A stretch of DNA of 64,000 nucleotides, from assembly GCA_025451045.1 (NCBI GenBank), contig JANWLD010000003.1, forward strand, positions 197,690 to 261,689, read 5' to 3'. Source of the stretch: Candidatus Saccharimonadales bacterium. GTDB lineage: Bacteria > Patescibacteriota > Saccharimonadia > Saccharimonadales > 2-12-FULL-41-12. A model generated the notes under the pieces. The model was given only the letters and a program-made list of their open reading frames with translations. It was not told the DNA's origin and searched no databases. This document shows positions 10,334 to 18,729 of the stretch, piece after piece. The translations under genes were made by a program, and so were the position numbers. Numbering within the stretch: the first letter of the stretch is position 1; each line of letters starts with the position of its first letter.

Positions 10334-10388
10334 AGAATAATCATACCAAAAACCGCTTCAAATAAGGTAATTTACAAGACTATCTTAA

Positions 10389-11000
10389 TTACGGGCTGGA
10401 AGAGTGCTGTTGTATGTAGGAGGTGAAGTTTTGGGTAACTTGCTCTATTTGGTCTTTTGTGGTTGAGTAATTGCCTTTGTCGTTTACGAAGGTCAAGTAG
10501 TAAGTAGCTGAAGATGTAGGAATAACAATTAAGGTTCCTTCCTCGTTTTTTGAACTGGCGTCACTATATCTGACCTGCACGGCATCATAGGCGCCTATCT
10601 TTAAAGTACCCTTGGATATTAAATGGAAGCCAGGGGTTTCTTTTTTAAGCTTGACAACTAATTTATCTGGTAGTTCGTCAATTTTAACGCCTTTGCTGAG
10701 TTTTCCCACAAGGTTACGTGCTTTTAGCGATATATGGGGATTGTTCCGCCCGGCCTTTATGATAACTCCGGACTGTTGTTCTATCTGGTCCGGTTTGAGC
10801 TCAATCCAGCCCTCGGGGTATTGGATAGTAGTATTAGCCGCGGAGTTGCTGGCTTGCTTATCGTTATCCGTGGCATTCTTGTATATAAGGAATCCGCCAC
10901 CGATAAATAGCAATATTATTACTACCAAACCGACTAAGCGCAGACCGCCGCCCCTCTTGGTTTTTTTGTGTCCCGACTTAACGTTATAAGATTCTTCCAT
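10389..11000 (-). CDS. Hypothetical membrane-anchored extracytoplasmic protein (paralog 1 of a pair, PsbP/DcrB-like by eye)
   Basis: Has an N-terminal TM segment. It shares the motif order (YPEGW.., ..KAGRNNP.., ATYYLTF) with the neighbouring ORF at 11060-11653. Confidence 0.55.
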   Translation of the reverse strand: MEESYNVKSGHKKTKRGGGLRLVGLVVIILLFIGGGFLIYKNATDNDKQASNSAANTTIQYPEGWIELKPDQIEQQSGVIIKAGRNNPHISLKARNLVGKLSKGVKIDELPDKLVVKLKKETPGFHLISKGTLKIGAYDAVQVRYSDASSKNEEGTLIVIPTSSATYYLTFVNDKGNYSTTKDQIEQVTQNFTSYIQQHSSSP

Positions 11001-11059
11001 GTTTAAAAATTGTACTATACAAGCTCAATCGGTTCAATTTTTGCCATAAGTAAGATGGT

Positions 11060-11653
11060 TCAGTTGATTTGGAGGCTGTTTTGGAGGCTTTGTGCGTCCG
11101 AATCGGCTTTCGGCTGGTCAGTAGACTGTACGGTTGCGTAATATGCGTCATTGCCGGCTGGAATTATAAAGAAATGCATGTACAAGATTGTTTTGCCATC
11201 GGTGCCAGTGTATGTAAAAGTTATTTTCGAAGCGTCATGCCCGGCAATGCTTATACGCTTGGTTTGTTCCAGCTTGTAGCCTTTGTAGCGCACTGGAAAG
11301 CCTCTCGCGGCACTGCTTTCCAAAAAATCAAGGAAGTTTTTATTAGTACTGTTTGCTCCAACAATCGCGCCGGTTTCTTTAGCAACTTCAATAATTCTTA
11401 TAGGGTTGTCTTCGGCAAGCTTGACTATACTATTGGCCTGGTTAACCTGCGCCTTTGGCTTTGGCTGCTGCATATACCCTTCCGGATATTTGAAAGATAT
11501 CCCACCTTCACTAAATTGCTGCAGGTTTGTTTGGGCTTGCGGAGGGGTAGTATTGTTGTCTTGGGTTATGACAAAAATACCAACAGCTATGACAAGTATT
11601 GTTACGCAAGCAATAATTATTTTCTTGGATTTGAGAAACGGCAAGCTAGGCAT
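11060..11653 (-). CDS. Hypothetical membrane-anchored extracytoplasmic protein (paralog 2)
   Basis: Has an N-terminal TM segment, then FKYPEGY, LAEDNP and DAYYATV, which parallel the ORF at 10389-11000. The ATG at 11653 is preferred to the TTG at 11665. Confidence 0.55.
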   Translation of the reverse strand: MPSLPFLKSKKIIIACVTILVIAVGIFVITQDNNTTPPQAQTNLQQFSEGGISFKYPEGYMQQPKPKAQVNQANSIVKLAEDNPIRIIEVAKETGAIVGANSTNKNFLDFLESSAARGFPVRYKGYKLEQTKRISIAGHDASKITFTYTGTDGKTILYMHFFIIPAGNDAYYATVQSTDQPKADSDAQSLQNSLQIN

Positions 11654-11671
11654 GAGTACTTTCAATTATAT

Positions 11672-11704
11672 CAAAAAGAGCCTCCGTGAAGAGACTCTTT
11701 TCTT
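11672..11704 (-). terminator. Rho-independent terminator downstream of the fibre gene
   Basis: AAAAAGAGCCTC-cgtgaa-GAGACTCTTTTT is an imperfect 12-bp stem with one C/A mismatch. It is flanked by A- and T-runs and lies 17 nt after the stop at 11721. Confidence 0.6.
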
Positions 11705-11720
11705 TAAAAGCTAGCTTCTA

Positions 11721-12899
11721 TTAGTTGTTAGAAGTAGCAGTTTCGACCCATCGGTCGGTAGCGTAGCGGTAGCCTAAGCTATCCCACTGTCCGAGAACTA
11801 CTGAACCAGTAGTTTCGCTCAGACCGCTGGTGTCAGCAAAGGTGGAAACACCTGCCGCTTCAACGATTGACAATGTGTCGCCCGTTGTTGCGCTGCCTTC
11901 ACCTAATGTTACTGTACATCCGTCACTGTCTGAACAAGTTACTTCAACGTATGAGCTGGTTGGTGTCAGCGTGCCAGTTGCGGCTGTGCCGCCACCGTTG
12001 TCAGCTATTGAGAAGCTTTGTTTGCCAAGCGTCTCGATGCCGGATACTGATACGTTAGTACCTACGACTGCGCCAGTGTGAGTACCGGCACTGTTACCGG
12101 TTAGGCTTGCAGTAATAGTTCCAGCTGAGAAGTTACCACTTCCATCACGGGCTACGATAGCGCTTGCAGTGTTAGCAGAAGCGGCTGTTGTAGCGGCATT
12201 ACCTACGGCTGCACAGGTTAGCGCACCACTTGCTGCAATAGTAGTAGCAAAGGTGTTTGCCGCACAGTCAGCAGGGTTAGCTGCCAAAGCTGTGGCTGTG
12301 TCCGCGTTACCTACGAATCCGCCGGTAGCTGTGATAGTACCGTCAGTCGTGATGTTGGTATTGAATGAACCGTTAGTGTTGCCAAAGTTAACTGTTACGT
12401 TGGCTGCACCTAAGTCAGCAGCAGCGCTTTGTAGCTTAGGAGCTGTAACAGCGCCAGAAGCTATGTCAGCGGCAGCTATGGTGCCATCGTTAATTTCGCT
12501 TGTACCTACTGCGCTGGCTACAATTTCTGCAGAACCTACTGCGTCAGTCGCGATTTCTGAAGAAGAAACAGCGTCCGGAGCAATCTCTGCAGTGTTGACC
12601 GCGTCAGTTGCAATCTCGCTTGCTCCAACAGAGTCAGCAGCTAAGCTGGATGCTGAAAGGCTGTTATCTACAACAGCTCCATCACCGACTGAGTTGTCGG
12701 CAAGTTCAGCTGAGGTAACAGCATTTGTAGCGATATCAGCAGCTGTAACAGCGCCATTTACTATGTCGCCGCTATTCACACAATTACTACACGACAGCGC
12801 CGATGTTTTCGGTGCAGAAAGCATCGCAATAGCTAACAGCAAAGCAACTACCACACCCAGGGTTCCTAGCCCTAATTTAATTACTTGTTTTTCTACCAT
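11721..12899 (-). CDS. Secreted fibre/adhesin-like protein with decapeptide repeats and tail-fibre-like C-terminal region
   Basis: AGGAGGA lies 7 nt upstream of the ATG at 12899. A signal peptide is present (MVEKQVIKLGLGTLGVVVALLLAIAMLSAPKTSA). Eleven (D/E)IAxxAVxxx repeats follow, then a Gly/Thr/Ala-rich region with IVARDGSGNFSAGTITA. The 12900-13022 extension in the ORF track is rejected. Confidence 0.75.
   Translation of the reverse strand: MVEKQVIKLGLGTLGVVVALLLAIAMLSAPKTSALSCSNCVNSGDIVNGAVTAADIATNAVTSAELADNSVGDGAVVDNSLSASSLAADSVGASEIATDAVNTAEIAPDAVSSSEIATDAVGSAEIVASAVGTSEINDGTIAAADIASGAVTAPKLQSAAADLGAANVTVNFGNTNGSFNTNITTDGTITATGGFVGNADTATALAANPADCAANTFATTIAASGALTCAAVGNAATTAASANTASAIVARDGSGNFSAGTITASLTGNSAGTHTGAVVGTNVSVSGIETLGKQSFSIADNGGGTAATGTLTPTSSYVEVTCSDSDGCTVTLGEGSATTGDTLSIVEAAGVSTFADTSGLSETTGSVVLGQWDSLGYRYATDRWVETATSNN
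12438..12767 (-). repeat. Coding tandem repeat, about 11 x 30 bp (10-aa period)
   Basis: The peptide reads DIVNGAVTAA DIATNAVTSA ELADNSVGDG ... EIATDAVGSA EIVASAVGTS EINDGTIAAA DIASGAVTAP. Coordinates were derived from codon positions. Confidence 0.7.
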
Positions 12900-13090
12900 A
12901 TGTTTAATTCCTCCTACGGAATACTTTAGTTTATATGACCTCATTATTATAGTACGGCTTATGCTTAATGCAAATAACTTTGTACAATCTGTGGATAACC
13001 CTAAATCGGCTATGAAAGGCAATGTTTAATAGGATGATGCAGAAATTTTCCGGAAATGCGGTAAGGATTATCCGAAAGACTGCTTTAGGC

Positions 13091-13558
13091 CTAGTGCGGT
13101 TTTACGAACGTCCACCAATAAATGAACACGTATGCCCCGCTGGCAAAGAATATACCGGCTACCATCCAGCGTTTATAGACTTTCCGATCGAGCTCGAGCA
13201 GATACACGGCAGACGTCGATATCAGTACCCCCGGGAAAATCGGGCACAGGAATGAAAAGAGCCTCAAGCCGTGCTTATTGATAAGAACGCGGGCCTTCAT
13301 GACTTTTTTGTTATCATCCCCTTGCTCAAAAACAGTGACAATTTTTTTACCAACCCGGCGCTTGCTAACCTTGCCTTTGAACTGGTCGCTGGTTATACGG
13401 TTGCCGATAGCAATGACAACAAGCGCGGAGAGTAGTGAGCCGAGCGCGTTGCCGAACCACACGATTAGCGGGTTACTATTCACTTCAAAACTTATCGGGA
13501 TAGAAACACTACCGAAAACAACACAAAGGACAGCGATTCTTAGAATATCTGAAAGCAC
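13091..13558 (-). CDS. Integral membrane protein (possibly small multidrug-export/COG2426-like)
   Basis: Has 4 hydrophobic helices. The family assignment is from memory of the general pattern only. Confidence 0.4.
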   Translation of the reverse strand: MLSDILRIAVLCVVFGSVSIPISFEVNSNPLIVWFGNALGSLLSALVVIAIGNRITSDQFKGKVSKRRVGKKIVTVFEQGDDNKKVMKARVLINKHGLRLFSFLCPIFPGVLISTSAVYLLELDRKVYKRWMVAGIFFASGAYVFIYWWTFVKPH

Positions 13559-13671
13559 AATGTCATTACTGTAGCACGTGCTCGTCCAGTTCGTATCTTG
13601 GGTTGCCTTGCTAAATAACTGGTCGTATGAGACAGTAAGACCAGCTATATAATTAGCATAAAGGAGGTGTT

Positions 13672-13872
13672 ATGTTTTTTGTCATTCTAGGGATCGTGCT
13701 TTGGATAGCCATTGCGTTATGGCCCGCCTCCATCGCCAGACGAAAGGGCTATAGCTTTTTGCTTTTTTTCCTTATAAGTTTATTTTTCTGGTGGATTACG
13801 TTGTTCGTAACCTTGTTCATGAAGCCCAAAAACCAGCAGGCTTCCAGCCCTCCGCCGCCTCAAGCCGGTTAA
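13672..13872 (+). CDS. Small membrane protein (2 TM), Pro-rich tail
   Basis: AAGGAGG lies 6 nt upstream of the ATG. Two hydrophobic helices are separated by RRKGY. Confidence 0.55.
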   Translation: MFFVILGIVLWIAIALWPASIARRKGYSFLLFFLISLFFWWITLFVTLFMKPKNQQASSPPPPQAG

Positions 13873-13996
13873 TGTCAGCTATATCATTGGCCGCTACCTC
13901 ATCTATTTGAAATAAAACACCACAAAAGTGGTATCGAGTGAGTAGAAAATATATTTGAAAAAATATGAAAAAAGTTATATTATAATAATATTTTTT

Positions 13997-14749
13997 ATGG
14001 AAAACTCAATAGAATCTATGCGCGCGGCGGGCGAAGCCTGTCCTGATAGTTCAGATACAGGAGCTGGTACGGTTTTAGACCCTGTGTCGCCTTTTGTTAA
14101 GGCCGAAGCGGCGGAAAGGTTCGCTCACAGGTTTCAGCACAGTTATAGCCAGGCGGGTTCTTTTGGCAAAACATTGCTGGAAGCGGCCGCCCAGACCCTG
14201 CCGTTGGGGAGCGGCGCGGAAAAGATCGTTTATGAGTTTGGTGCCAACAAAGTAGCCGCTATATTGGCTCCATATTCACCCGAGCACTCAAATAAAGATT
14301 ATTCCCCGGAAGTCATGAAAAGAAAGTTTTATGAAAGAAAACTTCTGAATTTACTGGCGCCGGAGAGCATACCGGACATACATATGGCCGGTACATCGCC
14401 GCCGATGCTTATCCTAGATCGCGTGCACCGGGCAGGGTCCCGCGACGAGGTGGCGGTGGCAATAGAAAGAAAAACGCGGTTTGGCAGAAAAGATCCGCAG
14501 AGCGAGCTTTCTGCCTTGGGCCTAAGGATTGACCCTACCGGGGATAACTTGATACTGGATAAGGGTGGTAATACGGTTTATGTAGATAATCCTATGGGCA
14601 AGTTAAACAAACAAGCTTTAGTGGAAGCCATAGATGCATTGTCGGATTTGGACAAGAAGAGAGCCTTAAAATATTTAAGCCGTCTTAAGGAGCATGGTGC
14701 CGAGTTCGCCGCGGATGAAGAGAATGAAAATCTGGAACTCGCTGCTTAA
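13997..14749 (+). CDS. Hypothetical protein with protein-kinase-like motif order
   Basis: Motifs occur in kinase-like order: LGSGAEKIVYEF (Gly-rich loop-like), NKVAAIL, RIDPTGDNLILD (HxDxxxxN-like catalytic loop) and VYVDN (DFG position). The ATG at 13997 is preferred to 13955, which would add an implausible AT-rich leader peptide. Confidence 0.4.
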   Translation: MENSIESMRAAGEACPDSSDTGAGTVLDPVSPFVKAEAAERFAHRFQHSYSQAGSFGKTLLEAAAQTLPLGSGAEKIVYEFGANKVAAILAPYSPEHSNKDYSPEVMKRKFYERKLLNLLAPESIPDIHMAGTSPPMLILDRVHRAGSRDEVAVAIERKTRFGRKDPQSELSALGLRIDPTGDNLILDKGGNTVYVDNPMGKLNKQALVEAIDALSDLDKKRALKYLSRLKEHGAEFAADEENENLELAA

Positions 14750-14955
14750 GATTTACCATTGAGGTACTTGCCGGCTACGCTTAGCGCGAATGAAGACAGT
14801 ATGACGAAGACAGTAACCATGAAGAGCTTGCCTATTACTTTCTCGAGGCCGGTATCACCCTCGCCAGGGTCAGTGTTGGTAAGCACCATGATAATACCTA
14901 GTACCCCAAACAGAACTGAAGCACATATAAATATTTTTGTAGCTATTTTTTGCAT
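14746..14955 (-). CDS. Small membrane protein (2 TM)
   Basis: Two hydrophobic helices. It overlaps the upstream convergent gene by 4 nt. Confidence 0.45.
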   Translation of the reverse strand: MQKIATKIFICASVLFGVLGIIMVLTNTDPGEGDTGLEKVIGKLFMVTVFVILSSFALSVAGKYLNGKS

Positions 14956-14988
14956 GAGTTGATTATACCAAAAACTTTAAGGACGATA

Positions 14989-15300
14989 TTATTTAGACTT
15001 GGATTGTTTATCGAGCGCCCATTGCACCGACGGGCTTATCGGTTTATCCGTGCGGTGAATACAGCCAATCCAGCAGCAAGGGCGGCGTTTTCCCTCTTTC
15101 AACTCCGTAATAGTCCGCTCAATGTGGTTTTTCCTCGTTTCCGGCTTTTTGGTCATAACAGTCCAGCATATCCATTCATTGCGCGCCAGCGGAGTAAGGT
15201 CTTCCCATCTTTCCAGGGCAGATTCATCACTCGTCAGGGCTTTATGTAAATCTGCCGGTACTTCATGTACCACTCCGGTTGCGATTGTTTTAGTCGCCAT
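14989..15300 (-). CDS. YdeI/OmpD-associated family protein
   Basis: The pattern LTPLARNEWICWTVMTKKPETRKNHIERTITEL is typical of the YdeI C-terminal domain family. Confidence 0.6.
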   Translation of the reverse strand: MATKTIATGVVHEVPADLHKALTSDESALERWEDLTPLARNEWICWTVMTKKPETRKNHIERTITELKEGKRRPCCWIGCIHRTDKPISPSVQWALDKQSKSK

Positions 15301-15329
15301 ACCTATATTTTACATCCCCTGACAAGTTT

Positions 15330-15404
15330 TGGCTCCCGGGGCCGGACTCGAACCGGCAACCTTGAAGTTAACAGCTTCCTGCTCCACCATTGAGCTACCC
15401 GGGA
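15330..15404 (-). tRNA. tRNA-Asn (anticodon GTT), CCA encoded
   Basis: The reverse complement folds as a cloverleaf. The acceptor stem is TCCCGGG/CCCGGGA and the D arm is GCTC-AATGGTG-GAGC. The anticodon loop is CTGTTAA, the T arm is GCCGG-TTCGAGT-CCGGC, and it ends in GCCA. Confidence 0.9.
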
Positions 15405-15511
15405 ATAAGACTTATCTATTCTAACTTCGAAGCCTGTTTCAGTAAATACCACTTAGTTGACACTTATTCGCTTCACTCTTATTATAAAGGCAAGATAAAC
15501 TTAAGCGAAAA

Positions 15512-17179
15512 GTGGATATGGACAATCAAACACAAGACAATCAAAAATTAAATGATGTAGCACCGCCAGCATCAAATAACAAACCCGAAGAAGAATCTTC
15601 GGATACATCGGCCCAACGGCCTAATATTCCCCAGGTTATCTCCAACAACCATAAGCCAAAGAAAAAGTGGCCAAAGATATTGGCGGCCATACTTATCCTG
15701 CTTTTAGCCGCAGGCGGCTGGTATTTGTATGACCAAAACAAGAAAGATAATAACCAATCAGCCGGATCAGTTACCCAGAATAAAGATATAGAGCAGTTGA
15801 ACATAGGCTTATTAACAGCTGATTATGGCAAGTTATACCCTGATTGGTCAGTACCTAGCAGCTATTCCTATCTAACCAATGGCCAGATGTTTGAAGGGCT
15901 AGTTCGTTATGAAAATAAGAGCAAAATCGCACCCTTACTGGTCACGGATTGGACTAATCCGGATGATAATACATGGGTTTTTAACCTCAAGTCCGGTGTG
16001 AAATTCCACGACGGCAACACAATGCAGGCCGATGACGTCAAGTATAGTCTGGACAAAATAAGAACCGACGAAACGGATTTTGCCGGTATCTTTACTTCAA
16101 CCATCAAATCGGTCAAAGCCATGAACGATAATCAGGTTGAAATCAAAACCAGCGAAGCTGACCCTACCCTGCTGAATAAACTGGCGTTTCTCTACATTAT
16201 TGACGCCCAGCTGCCAAAGAATAGCGAGCCAAGCCAAGCAGGCACAGGCCCTTACCAGATAAAACCCGGAACCAAACCGACTACAAAAGAACTTCAAATG
16301 GTCGCCTTTGATGGTTACCATGGCAACAGGCCAACTACTCGGGCCGTTAACTTTGGCAGCGAACCTACTGACAAGGATCTGGTTAAGGCATTTCAGGATG
16401 GTAAATATAATATTGTCGGGCCTATGGGCATCGAAGACGTAGCGAAATCAGACGCTATAAAGTTTGTAACATCAGAACCGGAAGTCTCGTTTATCGGCTT
16501 TAACACTCTAAAACCCGGGCCGCTGCAGAAAGCGAAAGTTCGTGAAGCTGTCCGTTACGCGGTGGATCCGGCCAAACTAGGCGAAGCCCAAGGAGACAAG
16601 GTAACGCCAATCAGCCAAATCGTCCCGGAATCTATACCGGGCTACAATCCGGCCATCATGCCCTATAAGCAGGATTTTGCTAAAGCCCGCGCTTTGCTTA
16701 AAGAAGCTGGTTATCCAAATGGCCTGACTATGGAACTCTCCTACAGCAGCGATAAAGCCTTTGCAGAAGAACTAGCCAGCGAACTCAAGCAGGCGAATAT
16801 CAAGGCCAACCTTAAATTTTATGACGACTTTGGTGCGTTTTTAGATAATTTTTTGGCTGGCAATGCGGAAATGTTTACCGTGGTATACTCCAGCGATGTC
16901 TTGGACGGACTTGATGTTTATCAATCCACTGTCAATGGTACAGGTAATTATGAGAGCAAAGATTTAGACAAAACACTAGCCGAGGTCGCCAAAACTGTCG
17001 ATCCTGAAAAGAGGCTCAAACTGTTGCAAGACGCGGCTGTTATTGTAGATAAGGACGTCGCAGTGGTTCCTCTTAGTACGCGAGATACATTGTGGCTGAT
17101 GGATGAAGATTACAATATCACTCAAGACATGCCCAGTGCTTACCTCTCAGCATATCTATACAAAACAAGCCAAAAGTAA
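15512..17179 (+). CDS. ABC-transporter family-5 (peptide/nickel type) substrate-binding protein, TM-anchored
   Basis: Has an N-terminal low-complexity region plus a TM segment (ILAAILILLLAAGGW). Family-5 SBP motifs are present, including GTGPYQIK. The start is the GTG at 15512 or the ATG at 15518. No permease or ATPase genes are nearby. Confidence 0.75.
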   Translation: MDMDNQTQDNQKLNDVAPPASNNKPEEESSDTSAQRPNIPQVISNNHKPKKKWPKILAAILILLLAAGGWYLYDQNKKDNNQSAGSVTQNKDIEQLNIGLLTADYGKLYPDWSVPSSYSYLTNGQMFEGLVRYENKSKIAPLLVTDWTNPDDNTWVFNLKSGVKFHDGNTMQADDVKYSLDKIRTDETDFAGIFTSTIKSVKAMNDNQVEIKTSEADPTLLNKLAFLYIIDAQLPKNSEPSQAGTGPYQIKPGTKPTTKELQMVAFDGYHGNRPTTRAVNFGSEPTDKDLVKAFQDGKYNIVGPMGIEDVAKSDAIKFVTSEPEVSFIGFNTLKPGPLQKAKVREAVRYAVDPAKLGEAQGDKVTPISQIVPESIPGYNPAIMPYKQDFAKARALLKEAGYPNGLTMELSYSSDKAFAEELASELKQANIKANLKFYDDFGAFLDNFLAGNAEMFTVVYSSDVLDGLDVYQSTVNGTGNYESKDLDKTLAEVAKTVDPEKRLKLLQDAAVIVDKDVAVVPLSTRDTLWLMDEDYNITQDMPSAYLSAYLYKTSQK

Positions 17180-17191
17180 CGAAAGTTTTTG

Positions 17192-18607
17192 ATGCGTCTG
17201 AGCATTCGAGCGAAAGTCCTGATGGTTGTCAGCTTGTCGCTGATATTGATATTCACCCTTATTATCTATATTTTGGTGCGCCAGAACACAAACAATCTAC
17301 GCTCCAGCCTTAATGAACACTCCAAATCCTTTGCCTCTCTTGCGACCAAACCTATCGGCGCCACCTTTGTTTTGTACAAGGACTCCGGCCGCATCCGCAT
17401 AACCCAGCAGGTAGATAAGTTTCTAGATCTTGATCCGGATGTTACCGCTATAAGAGTCGTAGGGGTTGACGGCACCGAGCTTTTCAGCAGTCTTGAAAAG
17501 CCAAGTCCGCCGCTGGATAAGGATCTTGCGGCCTCGTTTGAGGCAAAGTTCGTGACCAATGATAAAGGATACATTGATAAAGTAATCCAACCATATTTTG
17601 AAGATTCCGGGGCGCACCGTTATTCGGTAGTTTATCGAATTTCAACTAAACGCGTTGAACAGAACGTCCGCGAAGTGGTCAGGCTTATTCTGTATGCCGG
17701 AGCGGTAATACTGGCAATAACGATCTTTGCAACTGTCTTTATGCTCAACAGCTTTTTCATAAAACCTTTGAAAAAAGTCAGTGAATCGGCAAATATCATC
17801 AGCTCGGGCGATTTTGACCACAAGATTACAAGCAAGCGCCATGATGAGATTGGCGATTTGGCTGCCTCAGTTGAGAAAATGGCTGACTTTTTGAAGGCGG
17901 ATATTGTCAAGCTGCGCGAGCTGGACAAGCTTAAAAGTGAGTTCATGATGATAACCTCGCATAACTTGCGTACGCCGATAACTATCATCCAAGGCTATAT
18001 TGACTTAGCCAGAGAAGTTGAGTCATCCAAAGAGCTGAAAAACATCATCGGCACTATACAGGAAAGCGTCATGCGCTTACACCTGCTTGCCGAAAATGTG
18101 CTGACTATCTCCACGCTTGAGGCCGGTAAAACTACTATGAGTAAATCGTCTACTCCAATTGCTAGCTTTATAAATGCCATAAGCAAAGAATTTGGCCTGT
18201 TGGCCGAAAAAAAGAATCTAAAATGGAATTTTATAAATAGCGTTCCGGATGAAACCAGTTTGGCGATAAATTCAACAAACATGCGCAGCGCATTGGGCAA
18301 TCTGATTGACAACGCAATCAAATTTACTAAAACTGGCGGCAGTGTTTCGGTTGAATCCAAGATAGAAAATGGCCAGCTTGTCTTCCGTGTTTCCGACACG
18401 GGGATTGGAATCAGCCCGGATGAAATGACCAAATTATTCACGAAGTTTCACAGAGGTACGAGTACGATGAGCTACGACTATGAAGGTATCGGAATCGGCC
18501 TGTATCTTAGTAAATTAATAGTCGAGCAGCACGGCGGCCGGGTAGAAGCTTCCAGCGAGCTGAACAAAGGCTCCGTCTTCACTGTAACCCTACCTCTTAG
18601 CGCGTAG
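17192..18607 (+). CDS. Sensor histidine kinase (2 TM, periplasmic-type sensor domain, HAMP, HisKA, HATPase_c)
   Basis: Contains the H-box ITSHNLRTPIT, N-box DNAIKFT, G1 DTGIGI and G2 GIGIGL. A HAMP-like segment follows TM2. No response regulator is adjacent. Confidence 0.85.
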   Translation: MRLSIRAKVLMVVSLSLILIFTLIIYILVRQNTNNLRSSLNEHSKSFASLATKPIGATFVLYKDSGRIRITQQVDKFLDLDPDVTAIRVVGVDGTELFSSLEKPSPPLDKDLAASFEAKFVTNDKGYIDKVIQPYFEDSGAHRYSVVYRISTKRVEQNVREVVRLILYAGAVILAITIFATVFMLNSFFIKPLKKVSESANIISSGDFDHKITSKRHDEIGDLAASVEKMADFLKADIVKLRELDKLKSEFMMITSHNLRTPITIIQGYIDLAREVESSKELKNIIGTIQESVMRLHLLAENVLTISTLEAGKTTMSKSSTPIASFINAISKEFGLLAEKKNLKWNFINSVPDETSLAINSTNMRSALGNLIDNAIKFTKTGGSVSVESKIENGQLVFRVSDTGIGISPDEMTKLFTKFHRGTSTMSYDYEGIGIGLYLSKLIVEQHGGRVEASSELNKGSVFTVTLPLSA

Positions 18608-18643
18608 TTCTCTCTGTGTATCCCTATCTTGGTCGCGTTTTTT
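18606..18643. repeat. Copy 1 of a perfect 38-bp direct repeat (ghost smpB 3' end)
   Basis: AGTTCTCTCTGTGTATCCCTATCTTGGTCGCGTTTTTT is identical to 18743-18780. On the minus strand it reads KKRDQDRDTQRE then LRAKR-stop (stop at 18590-18592). Confidence 0.95.
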
Positions 18644-18729
18644 TCGGCTACGCCTAATAAGACACCCTTTCAGGGTTTCTCATCGTGCGGGGCGCGGAAT
18701 GAATCCGACGCTCCGACTGCTCTTCCCGA

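Noticed and set aside
12900-13022. N-terminal extension of the fibre ORF (MPFIADLG...) and the analogous extensions of cobO (24766-24897) and the glutaredoxin gene (27372-27440)
   Set aside because: Internal ATGs give canonical N-termini: a signal peptide with AGGAGG, the P-loop context of CobA, and the CxxC context of glutaredoxin. The extensions run into promoter-like AT-rich DNA.
12169-13029. 286-aa ORF on the plus strand, antisense to the fibre gene (also 11830-12081 and 11867-12058)
   Set aside because: It is a mirror-frame artefact of the Ala/Thr/Gly-rich repeat coding sequence on the minus strand. The peptide is low-complexity, has no RBS, and is fully contained within a well-supported gene.
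18608-18729. Possible tmRNA (ssrA) gene downstream of smpB
   Set aside because: The gap is only about 120 nt, whereas tmRNA is about 350 nt. No tRNA-like acceptor or T-arm (GGTTCGAATCC...CCACCA) and no tag reading frame could be found on either strand.
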